Shown here: in pieces, positions 25,459 through 35,830 of the stretch | How positions within the stretch are numbered: the stretch's first letter is position 1 | Layout of the letters: every line of letters starts with the position of its first letter | Virus record (IMG/VR): IMGVR_UViG_3300046534_001193 | Span: 1-64,000 of that record | Source: a virus | Strand: one strand, 5' to 3' | Length of the DNA stretch: 64,000 nucleotides | Notes under the pieces: generated by a model | Database searches by the model: none | What the model was told of the DNA's origin: nothing | Seen by the model: only the letters and a program-made list of their open reading frames with translations | Position numbers and translations under genes: made by a program

Positions 25459-25773
25459 ATGTCGCGTTCTAAGCCTAATAAAGGGACTACCCTTAGCCTA
25501 GCCAAGGTGGAAAAAGAAGAAGCCGAAGCAGCTGACGCTAGGGCAGTTTTGGAAAAAGAAGAAGGTGAAGCTGCCGCAGCCAGAGCGGCTTTTGAAAAAG
25601 CTAAAGCAGCCAACACAATAAAAACAGTCACTTTATTGCTCGGCTCGCAAATAACTGACCCAGGCACTGGTGTAATTTTAGTAAAAAACAAAGCAGTAAT
25701 AGTTCCAGAAATTTCTAAATGGGTTAGAATGCAAGCTGGATTCACACCTCCTTACTTAACTTTTACGGAGTAA
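25459..25773 (+). CDS. hypothetical virion-associated protein
   Basis: ATG 25459 behind AGGA; EKEE repeat. Confidence 0.7.
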   Translation: MSRSKPNKGTTLSLAKVEKEEAEAADARAVLEKEEGEAAAARAAFEKAKAANTIKTVTLLLGSQITDPGTGVILVKNKAVIVPEISKWVRMQAGFTPPYLTFTE

Positions 25774-25779
25774 TTAGAA

Positions 25780-26262
25780 ATGGCCAAATCTTTTTTAGGG
25801 CTAGTGACCGTAGACGAAATTCGCGGATCACTCGGGTTGGACGCAAAAGACATAAGCGATGCCATAATGGCTAGCCAATCACCTGAAAAAGATTTGCAAG
25901 CTGATCTATTAACATGGGTTTCTACCTATCAGACTATAATTTCTGAAGGGGCCGCCACTACACCGACTACTGCGCAGACTCTGAAATATCTCAAGTTGCA
26001 AAACTATTCCAAATATTTCATTGCTGCCATATTCGCCTCTTCTGGTATGGTCTCAATATTTCAGAGTATGTCTGATGGGAAGAATCAATTTACACGATTC
26101 TCTAATGGTTCATTGAAAGATCTCCAGCTGGACCTAAAATCAAAGGCTGCATCGGCGAGATCTGAATTAGAGGCCCTAATCGATCCTGATCAAGTAGCTA
26201 CTTACACCCAGTTTTCTCGGGTGGTTTCTTCTTACGACCCAGTCACAAACGCAACTACCTAA
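25780..26262 (+). CDS. putative head-tail adaptor
   Basis: Synteny, helical 160 aa. Confidence 0.6.
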   Translation: MAKSFLGLVTVDEIRGSLGLDAKDISDAIMASQSPEKDLQADLLTWVSTYQTIISEGAATTPTTAQTLKYLKLQNYSKYFIAAIFASSGMVSIFQSMSDGKNQFTRFSNGSLKDLQLDLKSKAASARSELEALIDPDQVATYTQFSRVVSSYDPVTNATT

Positions 26263-27152
26263 TGGATCTCCGCAAAGTCGCTGCCTTTTTTGAAACCACA
26301 GAATTCGACGCCTACGACGAAAGCGATAACTCGTGGGACGCGTGTTTTCTGTTAGGCAAGGTTATGCCGATAGAGAGCGAAGTGTCTAATTCAAATCGAA
26401 ACACTCGCAGAGCTTTGCTTGGTACAGACCCTTTGGCAGTTTTTCCCGCCTCTAATACTCTCAGAGTTTTAACTTCTGGCGACATCTACATAGTAGGTGA
26501 CCTGCGTAAGGACTATCAAAACTCTGCTGCTTACGATCAATCAGGCTTGCTTCACCGCAGCAGTACGGTAGGCACGATAAATCGTCGTGCGCCTTCGGGC
26601 CCCTCAACAGACCCTGGTTGGTTAGTTGAGACTTTGATTAGCACTCACTACATGGATATAGAGCTACGGGCGGTTAAAGAAGCTGGAGAGCAAGAGCAGC
26701 AATTTGACAAGCAGTATCTTATTATTATGCCTTTGCACGCTGCCCCTCAGCAGTGGGACCGTATCAATGTGGGCAGTTACGACCATATTGTTGAGGCTGG
26801 ATATGTTGACAGTGGATTTAAGTTAGCCAGAGTAGCCAACCGACTCGACCCTCGTAAAGATTTTACTTACTATAGCCGTGGCGACACAGCGTCTTTTAAT
26901 CCTAGCAATGGCGTAGTCACCTCAGGACTAACGCCTTACAACGTTACAGGTTTTGCGCTTGATGCAAAGTCTGGGCAGGTTGCAAACACTGCAGCCAAAA
27001 GCGGCACATTCACGTTGGTAGTCGATAAAACTCACATCGGCGTTGTGCCGACTTCGAAAGATGAAGTAATTTGGGAATCCCAAAGATCTAAAGTTATTGA
27101 AGTCGAAGAAGATTTTATTGACTTTCAATATAAGATACACTGCTCATTATGA
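26262..27152 (+). CDS. putative head-closure/neck protein
   Basis: Synteny; TAATG coupling. Confidence 0.55.
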   Translation: MDLRKVAAFFETTEFDAYDESDNSWDACFLLGKVMPIESEVSNSNRNTRRALLGTDPLAVFPASNTLRVLTSGDIYIVGDLRKDYQNSAAYDQSGLLHRSSTVGTINRRAPSGPSTDPGWLVETLISTHYMDIELRAVKEAGEQEQQFDKQYLIIMPLHAAPQQWDRINVGSYDHIVEAGYVDSGFKLARVANRLDPRKDFTYYSRGDTASFNPSNGVVTSGLTPYNVTGFALDAKSGQVANTAAKSGTFTLVVDKTHIGVVPTSKDEVIWESQRSKVIEVEEDFIDFQYKIHCSL

Positions 27153-27604
27153 GTAAAAATTCAATTGAAGCTGCACGAATTATAGCACTACTTGCTCCGT
27201 TGCCGTCTAAAATGTTGGCTGCGGTCAGTACGGAAGTCTATGAAAAAGTTTTGAATCTTACTATACAAGATTCGGGGGAAGCTGCTTTTAACTGGAGAGC
27301 TGGAGTAAATGATGAGAGCGAAATTGGTTTTACTTTTTCTGTCGGTAAAGACCCTGTAGGATTTAAAGGAGAAAAACGCTCTTTGACTGGCGGAGCCGAA
27401 GTAGTGGTTGGGTTTAGGATGCAAGAGTTTTTGTCAAAAATTTCTACCGATAATTTAACTAATGTGCATATTTACAACCCTATTACAGACGCCGATCACG
27501 CTGGAAACGCGCGACTTTTAATATCAAGGGCTGCCGCCACTAACCAAGATTTTATGGACGACATCGCAGAGAAAGCATTAAATGCCAACTTACCAAAGCG
27601 CTGA
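27149..27604 (+). CDS. putative tail completion/neck protein (HK97 gp10-like)
   Basis: T.QDSGEAAFNW motif, synteny. Confidence 0.55.
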   Translation: MSKNSIEAARIIALLAPLPSKMLAAVSTEVYEKVLNLTIQDSGEAAFNWRAGVNDESEIGFTFSVGKDPVGFKGEKRSLTGGAEVVVGFRMQEFLSKISTDNLTNVHIYNPITDADHAGNARLLISRAAATNQDFMDDIAEKALNANLPKR

Positions 27605-28001
27605 GGACACGATAACTTCGCAGTTTGGAAATAATTGGAGTTACACTCCGGTTGCCTACCCCAATGCGCCGGCTATTAACGAAACGGTGTCTGGTCGACC
27701 TGAATTAGGTATTGGCCAAGATCCGTTTATAGCCGTTGAAATTATTTACAGCACTTCCCCAGCTATTGAGGTTGGGGCTAGCCCCTTGAAGAGAACCTTT
27801 GGAAACATCCTAGTAGAATTCTATACTAAAGAAGACACCGGTTCACTTCAAAACAGAATTAACCTTGACCGACTTGCAGCAATGTTTGAATACAAAACTA
27901 TCGAAGACATCTCTTTTAGAGACATTACTGTAATGCAATCTGGCACCCAAAACGGCTGGTACATTACCCCCGCCATGGTCAGGTTTTACTTTTACAGGTA
28001 A
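27582..28001 (+). CDS. putative tail terminator
   Basis: VAYPN...GWY motifs, directly before tail tube. Confidence 0.65.
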   Translation: MPTYQSAEDTITSQFGNNWSYTPVAYPNAPAINETVSGRPELGIGQDPFIAVEIIYSTSPAIEVGASPLKRTFGNILVEFYTKEDTGSLQNRINLDRLAAMFEYKTIEDISFRDITVMQSGTQNGWYITPAMVRFYFYR

Positions 28002-28059
28002 AAATTCTAACTCGCCAAAAATACTAAGTTTTAGGAAAGTATTGAAATACTTTACACCC

Positions 28060-28068
28060 TGCTATAAT
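28060..28068 (+). promoter_or_regulatory. extended -10 promoter for tail tube gene
   Basis: TGCTATAAT with TTGAAA at 28042. Confidence 0.55.
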
Positions 28069-28108
28069 ATGAACCCATATTTCCAAAAATTGCCACAGGA
28101 ATACCACT

Positions 28109-29299
28109 ATGTCATTATTCGCTGATACCGCCAATACCTCTTTAGCCTACGCCGTGGAGTCCACTTTTGACGTAGCTCCTACTGCGGGGTATGCACTACT
28201 TAGAAATACCAGTGAGAGTTTTAACACCTCTATAGAGAGGGCCGACAGTGATGAAATTACCACTACTCGCCAGTATTCGGGCAGCAGCCAAGTATCCGGC
28301 TCTTCAGCTGGTTCTGTCGGTTTTCAATTGTCGTATGGTGAATACGACCCTTTTCTAGAAGCTGTTTTGCAGTCTTCTGGTTTTAGCACAGCTTACTCTG
28401 ATACCGTTGTAGATATCTCTTCTAAGGTCTGCGAAGTAACTTCTACCGCCAATTTAAAAGTCGGTATGCTGGTTAAGCTAACAGGGCTTACAGTATCTAC
28501 TCAAGACGGTGTTTTTACTATTGGGGCAATCCCCGACGCCACTCATTTTACTGTAGTAGAAACCCTCACTGACGAAGGCAGTTCTACAGTAGCAGCCACT
28601 CACGGCGGTTCAGCTTTCAATGAGAAAACGGATCGCAGTTTTACTTTTGAGAAAAATTTAGCAGCAGACGGCGACGATCACTTTTTTATATTCAGTGGTC
28701 AGAAAGCGTCATCTCTATCTTTAAGTATGACCACTGGTTCCATTATCAGTGGAGACATAGGTTTCATGGGTGCTACGCCAGCAGCCTCTGCAACGTCTAA
28801 AGACGGTGATGGATATACAGCTGCGTCCAGTAACCAGCTGATGAATTCAGTATCAAACGTAAGAGGCTTGTCTTTGCATTCAATTGCTTCCAATGGTACT
28901 GCCACTCTAATAACCGACACTACTTTTCAAGAGCTGTCTTTGTCAATTGATAACAACATGCGAGAGCAGCCAGGTATTGGTTCTTTGTTTTCCCAAGGTA
29001 TTGGATCAGGACGATTTAAAGTAGAAGCTTCTGCTACCATGTATTTTACCAACCGAGAAGTTTACGATAAGTTCCTTTCAAACGGGTCAATGCAATTGCG
29101 TTTTCAGGTTACTGACTCTAAAGACGTGTATGGCAACCGTTATGGTTTTGTTCTGCCGGAACTTAAAATAACCACTTACGAAGCGGCGGCGACCGGAGCG
29201 GATACTGACATTATGGCTACAATTGGTTTTACTGGCCAAGCAGACACTTTATCAGGCACCGGCAGCAGCCTCATTATTACTCGCATACCTTCAGCTTAA
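28109..29299 (+). CDS. major tail tube protein
   Basis: LRNTSES, SFTFEK, LSIDNN, synteny before chaperones and TMP. Confidence 0.85.
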   Translation: MSLFADTANTSLAYAVESTFDVAPTAGYALLRNTSESFNTSIERADSDEITTTRQYSGSSQVSGSSAGSVGFQLSYGEYDPFLEAVLQSSGFSTAYSDTVVDISSKVCEVTSTANLKVGMLVKLTGLTVSTQDGVFTIGAIPDATHFTVVETLTDEGSSTVAATHGGSAFNEKTDRSFTFEKNLAADGDDHFFIFSGQKASSLSLSMTTGSIISGDIGFMGATPAASATSKDGDGYTAASSNQLMNSVSNVRGLSLHSIASNGTATLITDTTFQELSLSIDNNMREQPGIGSLFSQGIGSGRFKVEASATMYFTNREVYDKFLSNGSMQLRFQVTDSKDVYGNRYGFVLPELKITTYEAAATGADTDIMATIGFTGQADTLSGTGSSLIITRIPSA

Positions 29300-29317
29300 T
29301 CCTCCTCCCCTGGACTT

Positions 29318-29357
29318 CGCCGAGTTAAAAGCTTGTTCTTTTGCTCGGCGCTTTTTT
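29318..29357 (+). terminator. rho-independent terminator
   Basis: CGCCGAG...CTCGGCG + CTTTTTT. Confidence 0.7.
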
Positions 29358-29368
29358 GCCTGCACACT

Positions 29369-29413
29369 AAACAAAACGTCAATAAGTTGCTTGAACTTAT
29401 TGACGTTTTGTTT
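29369..29413. repeat. perfect 20-bp inverted repeat, 5-nt loop
   Basis: AAACAAAACGTCAATAAGTT-gcttg-AACTTATTGACGTTTTGTTT. Confidence 0.95.
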
Positions 29414-29452
29414 TAGACTAATTTTTCAATACTACACCAGAGGATTTTAATT

Positions 29453-29854
29453 ATGGCATTTAATATGTCAAAAGATAAGCGCGACAGAGTTAGCGAACAA
29501 AAAGGTAGTTGGATGCCTTACGACGAAGACTGCGCGTTTCTTGTAGCTCGAAACAACAACAGTGACTACAGTAAATTTATTAGTAAGTGCCTCCGTGAAA
29601 ACGCATCCAATAAAGGTGAGGATGAAGGCCGTCTTACTGATGAGCAGCTTTTAGAAGGCGCTTCAAATTTTATTTTGTTAGGATGGCGAGGTGTTGTTGA
29701 CGGCAAAAAAGAAGTTCCTTATTCAGTTGAACTTGCTAAATCTTTGTTGGATGAACACGATGACTTGTATCGGGACGTGTCTGTTTATGCCACCGAGCGT
29801 TCAAACTATCTTGTAAAGCGCGACAACAAAGACGCTAAAAACTTAAAAAAGTAA
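29453..29854 (+). CDS. tail assembly chaperone (gpG-like)
   Basis: LLGWRGV...VPYSVE; ends at slippery A AAA AAG. Confidence 0.85.
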   Translation: MAFNMSKDKRDRVSEQKGSWMPYDEDCAFLVARNNNSDYSKFISKCLRENASNKGEDEGRLTDEQLLEGASNFILLGWRGVVDGKKEVPYSVELAKSLLDEHDDLYRDVSVYATERSNYLVKRDNKDAKNLKK

Positions 29855-30213
29855 CCGAGTGGTTGATCCAATGGGGATCTCCTGAGAAGCAAAAACTACT
29901 CAAAGAGCACGAAGAGAACTGGGGTGTAAAGCCCCCAGCTCTTTTAAATAAGCCCGAGCTGTACTCTCAAAATGCAGTATACAACACGGCTTTTAATATC
30001 CTAGCTTCTGGACGCCAAAACACCGACAATGTTATAAACCCTATAACGTTTTTAGATGTTTTAGGTTACTGTGATTGCATTGAAGAGTTCGATGGCTACG
30101 AACGCCTTAGATACTGGCAAATGGTAAACGCCTGTGACGTTGCTTGGATGGCTAAAGTCTTAGAGATGTCGTCTGTAAAGACCCAAACTAAAAAACCTAA
30201 TATCCCTACATAG
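29845..30213 (+). CDS. tail assembly chaperone -1 frameshift extension (gpGT-like)
   Basis: AAAAAAG at 29845-29851 in correct phase; -1 frame open to 30213. Confidence 0.85.
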   Translation, partial: KKVTEWLIQWGSPEKQKLLKEHEENWGVKPPALLNKPELYSQNAVYNTAFNILASGRQNTDNVINPITFLDVLGYCDCIEEFDGYERLRYWQMVNACDVAWMAKVLEMSSVKTQTKKPNIPT

Positions 30214-30273
30214 CTAAGAGACGGCAAATGCCGTAAACTTAACGGCTAATTCTCCACCAAGAGTTAATTCCTC

Positions 30274-33200
30274 ATGGCTTTTGACATTAATCTTAATACC
30301 CGCATTGCACGGGCGCAAGTTATAGGACTTAACAGGTCTATAGTCAATCTTGCCCGTGCAGCCGATAAATCTTCTGTCAAAATGCAAGCAGCTTTAGGTG
30401 GAGGTTTTGGCGGCACCGCGCAGCTCAAGGGTATTGAGACCGCAGTATATAGCGTTAAGAACAGCTTGATATCTATGGCTGCTTCACAGCGTATGACTGC
30501 CAATGCCGCTGTCTCTGGACAAACTCGGACACGTATTGCTGTTGAAGAGACTCTTTTGTCTACAGCCAAGGCTGCCACTGAGACAATAAAAGGTAAAAAC
30601 TTAATTAGCAATGCCTACATAAAAGAAGGCGCTATAATAGAAGCCAGCAATAACGCAAAAAAATTGTCTGAGGCTAGAGTTCAAACTGAGCAAGCAAAAA
30701 CTGCGGCTGAAACTATAAAAGGTAAAAACTTAACTACTGGGGCCTACATAAGAGAAGGCTCTATAATAGAAGCTAGCAATAACGCAAAAAGATTGTCTGA
30801 GGCTAGAGTAGGGACCCAGGAGGCAAAAACTGCTACTGAAACTATAAAAGGTAAAAACTTAACTACTGGAGCCTACATAAAAGAAGGCGCTATAATAGAA
30901 GCCAGCAATAACGCAAAAAGATTGTCTGAGGCTAGGGTGCAAACTCAGCAAGCAAAAACTGCTACTGAAACTGTCAGAGCTAAACGTATAGAGACAGCTG
31001 CAGCAGCAGCTAATGCTGCTGCAGCACAAGCCGCCGCCGCTAGGATAATAGCCGCTCAAAGAAGAACTGACGCCGCACTTTTGTCTAGTCAAACAAGATC
31101 TATGGCTGCCACTACAGTTGCCGGATTTAACAGCGCCAACCAAGGTGCGGCAGCTCTACGCTCTACCTTAGGCGCCCTAGGTGCCAGCTTTGGTATATTC
31201 TCAGCAAGCACTCTGCTTGTAGCGACTAGCACATTTATGCTGGTTAGAGCATTTAAAAGCACTGTCACTGTCGGCGCCGAACTTGAAAACTCTATGCAAA
31301 GAGTTTATGCGGTTACCGGATCTCTTGGCCAAATAGCAGGAGAAGTTACACCTGCAATGCAGATGCTTAGTTCTGCTGTTAGAGACGTTGCTAAAGGCAC
31401 CATATTTACTTCTACAGAAGTTGCGCAAGGTGCGATCAGATTTGCCCAAGCAGGTTTTAGTGCGGCTAACACCGCTAGTGCTTTGAATGCTACTGCCGCG
31501 CTTGCCACTATCGGTATGACTGATATGGGGCAAGCCGCCAATACGGTTACCAGCATACTTAACTCTTTTGGATTAGAGGCTACAGCACTGCAAGGTGTGG
31601 TCGATACGATGGCCGTAGCAGTAACAGGCTCTATGTTAAACATAACTCAGCTGAGCAGTGCCTTGAGCTACATAGGCCCCCTGGCTAAGGAGACCAACAC
31701 CAGCTTTACAGAAACCGTTATCATACTCGAGCTTATGGCGGATGCAGGCGTGAAGGCGTCCAAAGCGGGTACGTCATTAAGACGCGGCATGGTCAACTTG
31801 CTAAACCCTACCAGTCGTCAGATGGGTGTTCTTAGAGAACTTAACGTTAGCACCAATAAAGCGTCAGGCGAAATGCGGTCAATGCTAGACATAGCCAAAG
31901 ACTTGGCTACCGAAGGTATTACCCCTGCCCAGCTTTCTCTGCTATTCGGAGCCCGAGCAGTTGCCGCATGGACCCAAGTTATTAATGAAGCCAATGGCAA
32001 AATGATAACTTTTATCGATGCACAAAAAGACATAGCAGGGACATCTTTGGTTCTGCGTAGACAGCTAGAGCAAAACTTGACCGATCAATTCAAGCTGCTA
32101 GTTTCCGCTGTACAAGAAGTTCAGCAAGTTCTTTTTGAACAGTTTGGACCTAGGCTGACTGAGTTAGTTGTGGGCTTTAAAGACTGGGTTACCGAAATAG
32201 GTAATAGCAGGGAAGAGCTAGTTGCTATGGCAACTGCGGCTTATGACACTGCAAGGACTTTAGCTGCAGGAGGTGCAATAGTTGCAGCCGCCGCTTTTGC
32301 TTTCAGTAAATATAAACTAGCCGTAGGCACTGCCGCAGTAACTGCCGCCGTTGGCGGGCTTAATAAAGCACTGTTGGTTACAAAAATTCTTTTACTCGGA
32401 ATTGTTAAGAATCCGATTATAGCCACTTTGTTGACAGCATCCGCTGTGTTTGCTTACTTCCGAAGGTCAGTCGAGGATTCCTCAGGCGCCACTCAAGAGC
32501 AGATAGAGGCTACTAAAGAGCTAGTTCAATCTCAAAAAGATTTAGCTGATGCTTCTGAAAAAGCTGGGCTGGCAGTAACTCGTATAGGGTATCTGGAAGC
32601 TGCCGAAGGTTTACGTTTAGCTACCCAAGCTACGGTAGCTAAAAAGAGGGCTGTCAATGATTTAGCCGAGGCTCAAGTGGTAGCCGCCAATAAAGAGAGT
32701 AAAGCAATTGCTGACCTAACTGCTAGAGCTATGAGGGGTGGGATGCCTTTAGGCATGGTACAGCCTAGAGTATTTACGCCTGCTGACGACTTTGTTGTCA
32801 CCCAGCAAACAGTCAGGCAGCAAGCCATCGCCGAAACTAACTTAGCCCTAGAGAAACAACTAGAGCTTACTTTCGGCGGGCGTGAAGCAACACTAGCTGG
32901 AAGAATGCAAAACCTTCAATCGGGCCGCCAAAGAAATCTTCCTAATGCTGCAAACGCACAACGTTTTCAGCAAATGGCTCAAGATTCGGTTCCCGACGGT
33001 GGAATGCCACAGCAAAGGGCAGCCAGAATCGCGGCCGAAGTTAACGCTCTAACTAAAGACGCCGCAAGCAATCTTATTTTGTTTGACCGTGAAATAAAGA
33101 AAGTTACAGAATCTACTTACAATTTGCGAGTAGAGAGAATGAAAGTTTCTGGTGTTTACTTAGACTCTCCAGAACAGCGGAAGGCCCACACTAAAGCGAT

Positions 33201-34587
33201 AGTAGCAGAAGAATTGGCACTAAAAACTTTGTTAGCCACTTTTAAAGTTAAACCGCCTGTCGACGTTATAAAAGGCACTGCTGAAGCTTTTAAATCCGCC
33301 ACAGCAGATATAGAAGCCACGACTCAGGCAGCAATACTGACTCAGCAACACCTACAAAAGATGGGGCAGTCTACGCCTACAGAGACTTTGCTGGCTGGCA
33401 TTGCTACGACTAGAGACGGTTTGCGTGAAATGAATGCCGAGTTTGAGAGTCAGCGCGAAATCTTGCTGGCTGCTCAAGCTGCAAAGCAGAAAATATTAGA
33501 TACTGTAACAGTAGATCAGGGTAAAGCTGAGTCCACTACGGGTGCAAAGCTGCTCACAGACGCTAACGACGAAATTAATAAAATTAAAGCAGCTATAATC
33601 GAGCTAGAGCAGAAATCGACTGAACAGACTAACTCTTATAATCGGGACCTTTTATCTCAAATTAGGTCGGTCGATCAATTGGCTGATGCTAAAGCCAAAG
33701 CGGCTGCTGCAGATGCCGCAGCATCTGTCGACGAAAGCGCTAAACGCGAAGCCGAAAGGAAAAAAGGAGTTGCCAGTGCAGGAGGTAGCCTGCTAAACGA
33801 TCTTTCTTCTCCATCTGCAAGGCTCCAAGCTGAGGAAGTAGAAAAACTTAAAATACTTGAACAATTTCGCGTATTAGAAATGCAGGCAGTTTCAGGCCAG
33901 CACAAGCAGGAGATGGCTATTGAAGCCGAGTTTTCTTCCTTAAAGTTGCAAATTAGACAGCAAACTTTAGATGCCCTAGCGGCAATAGAAAGCGAAGCTA
34001 TAAACAAGTCCATTTCTGCTTACGAGGACGAGGCGAAGGCTAAAGAATCTATAGAGCTACGAAAAACTCGTGCTGCGTTAAACGGATTTTCTTCGCTCAC
34101 TTCTGAAGGCGCTAAATCTAGCAGAAAGATGTTTGAGTTAAATAAAGCGATCAACGTGGCCAGCATCATAGCCGATACACCTGCAGCTATCTCTGGTGCG
34201 GCTAAATGGGGTTACTCTTTAGGCGGCACACCTGGGGGCATCGCGGCAGGTCTTGCAGCTGCAGCCAACCAAGCTGCATTGCTAAGGCAGGCTAGCTCGG
34301 CTTCTTTCGGCGCGTCTTCGTCAGTTTCTGCGCCTGCTACTGCCACTGCCGCCACACCTGAGACGCCAGAGATAGTCGTACCGCTCGCTAGCGACTCACT
34401 TGTAAACCAATCTACTTCAGCTAGATCTCAAGCGTCCGCACTTCAGCAGCGACCGCAAGGCGACGTAAACATAACTTTAAGCGCTAGTTCAGTTGATACA
34501 GAAGGCATGAGTGAACTCTTACTTAGGCAAGCACCGGTAATTGCGAGTATAGTAAGAGAATCTCAAGCAGAACAAGGTATCTCATAA
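30274..34587 (+). CDS. tail tape measure protein
   Basis: 1437 aa Ala-rich helical, TP901-type core; 129-bp internal repeats. Confidence 0.93.
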   Translation: MAFDINLNTRIARAQVIGLNRSIVNLARAADKSSVKMQAALGGGFGGTAQLKGIETAVYSVKNSLISMAASQRMTANAAVSGQTRTRIAVEETLLSTAKAATETIKGKNLISNAYIKEGAIIEASNNAKKLSEARVQTEQAKTAAETIKGKNLTTGAYIREGSIIEASNNAKRLSEARVGTQEAKTATETIKGKNLTTGAYIKEGAIIEASNNAKRLSEARVQTQQAKTATETVRAKRIETAAAAANAAAAQAAAARIIAAQRRTDAALLSSQTRSMAATTVAGFNSANQGAAALRSTLGALGASFGIFSASTLLVATSTFMLVRAFKSTVTVGAELENSMQRVYAVTGSLGQIAGEVTPAMQMLSSAVRDVAKGTIFTSTEVAQGAIRFAQAGFSAANTASALNATAALATIGMTDMGQAANTVTSILNSFGLEATALQGVVDTMAVAVTGSMLNITQLSSALSYIGPLAKETNTSFTETVIILELMADAGVKASKAGTSLRRGMVNLLNPTSRQMGVLRELNVSTNKASGEMRSMLDIAKDLATEGITPAQLSLLFGARAVAAWTQVINEANGKMITFIDAQKDIAGTSLVLRRQLEQNLTDQFKLLVSAVQEVQQVLFEQFGPRLTELVVGFKDWVTEIGNSREELVAMATAAYDTARTLAAGGAIVAAAAFAFSKYKLAVGTAAVTAAVGGLNKALLVTKILLLGIVKNPIIATLLTASAVFAYFRRSVEDSSGATQEQIEATKELVQSQKDLADASEKAGLAVTRIGYLEAAEGLRLATQATVAKKRAVNDLAEAQVVAANKESKAIADLTARAMRGGMPLGMVQPRVFTPADDFVVTQQTVRQQAIAETNLALEKQLELTFGGREATLAGRMQNLQSGRQRNLPNAANAQRFQQMAQDSVPDGGMPQQRAARIAAEVNALTKDAASNLILFDREIKKVTESTYNLRVERMKVSGVYLDSPEQRKAHTKAIVAEELALKTLLATFKVKPPVDVIKGTAEAFKSATADIEATTQAAILTQQHLQKMGQSTPTETLLAGIATTRDGLREMNAEFESQREILLAAQAAKQKILDTVTVDQGKAESTTGAKLLTDANDEINKIKAAIIELEQKSTEQTNSYNRDLLSQIRSVDQLADAKAKAAAADAAASVDESAKREAERKKGVASAGGSLLNDLSSPSARLQAEEVEKLKILEQFRVLEMQAVSGQHKQEMAIEAEFSSLKLQIRQQTLDALAAIESEAINKSISAYEDEAKAKESIELRKTRAALNGFSSLTSEGAKSSRKMFELNKAINVASIIADTPAAISGAAKWGYSLGGTPGGIAAGLAAAANQAALLRQASSASFGASSSVSAPATATAATPETPEIVVPLASDSLVNQSTSARSQASALQQRPQGDVNITLSASSVDTEGMSELLLRQAPVIASIVRESQAEQGIS

Positions 34588-34589
34588 CC

Positions 34590-35189
34590 ATGTCTGGAAC
34601 TTTCCCAACTAGTCCCATACCTACAGCAGTCGAGGTGACCTCAGCGTCACCTACGCTTTTGGATATGACTCACTCAGGTCGACGTAACGTTAGACAGCTG
34701 GGCGCTCAAAAGTGGGCGCTAGATTGCTCTTTCCCTAGCACTATGAGCCGTGCCCAGTTCATGCCGTTGTTTGCCTTCGCGCTTAGCCAAGCAGGGCGGT
34801 TTGGAACTTTTTCTTTTGTGTCTCCTGACTTGGCTACGCCCCAAGGGGGCGCTGGCGGAACACCTCGAGTAGCCGGAGCAAGCCAAACCGGCACTAGTGT
34901 AACCACCGACGGCTGGACTCCTAGCACTAATGTTTTAAAAGCCGGTGACATATTAAAATACTCCGGTCACAACAAAGTTTATATGGTGACAGCAGATGCA
35001 GATGCAGACGGATCAGGTGACGCCACTTTAGTCCATTACCCGCCACTGATGGCAGCTATCGCAAACGACGAACTTATAACTGTTATAGACGTCCCGTTTA
35101 CTGTTCAGCTTTCAGAAGACGTTTCTAAATATACGGTCACAGGGCCTTTGCTTTATAATTTTAAAATGTCAATGCTGGAAGTCGTCTAA
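34590..35189 (+). CDS. distal tail protein
   Basis: Synteny after TMP; LKAGD motif. Confidence 0.7.
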   Translation: MSGTFPTSPIPTAVEVTSASPTLLDMTHSGRRNVRQLGAQKWALDCSFPSTMSRAQFMPLFAFALSQAGRFGTFSFVSPDLATPQGGAGGTPRVAGASQTGTSVTTDGWTPSTNVLKAGDILKYSGHNKVYMVTADADADGSGDATLVHYPPLMAAIANDELITVIDVPFTVQLSEDVSKYTVTGPLLYNFKMSMLEVV

Positions 35190-35830
35190 TGCCTAGAAAA
35201 CTGGAATCTGAATCGATAACCGAGTTAGACAAAGACGGCCAATATGTTTTTCACATGGTCGAAATAATACTGGATGACGAAACACTTAGATATACCAATT
35301 CACATTCCGAAGTCTCGTATGAGAGTGAAACGTACACACCGTCTGGCAACCTGATAAGTTTTGGCGACGTTACTGAGACTGAGGCTTTAGTATTAAACTC
35401 GATGGTCTTTAAACTGTCGGGCGTAGACTTGACGCTCTTTGCTCTAACCTTGCAGCAAGACATTGTGAATCGGAAAATAAACCTGTATCAAGGTCTTATC
35501 GATCCTGACACTTACGTAATTGTGCCGTCTCCAATTCGCGTCTATAGCGGCAAAGTTAAATCGATTAGTCTCCAAGAATCGCCTGGCGATAAGAGCGTGC
35601 TAACAGTCAACACTGCGTCAGTCTTGTCGGACTTTGATAAGACTACAGGCCGCAGGGCCAACTCCCAAGATCAAGAAATGTATTTAATTATAAAAGGTCA
35701 GACAGATGCTGCCGATGCAGTCAGTCGCGGGATGGGTACTTTGGCAGGCGACGTCTTTACTCCAACTGTGGACAAAGGGTTTGACGAAGCCCACAAAAGC
35801 AACGTAGACGTTAAATGGGGCAGAGCTTAG
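35189..35830 (+). CDS. tail tip/hub minor protein
   Basis: Synteny; C-terminal DKGF...KWGR. Confidence 0.7.
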   Translation: MPRKLESESITELDKDGQYVFHMVEIILDDETLRYTNSHSEVSYESETYTPSGNLISFGDVTETEALVLNSMVFKLSGVDLTLFALTLQQDIVNRKINLYQGLIDPDTYVIVPSPIRVYSGKVKSISLQESPGDKSVLTVNTASVLSDFDKTTGRRANSQDQEMYLIIKGQTDAADAVSRGMGTLAGDVFTPTVDKGFDEAHKSNVDVKWGRA

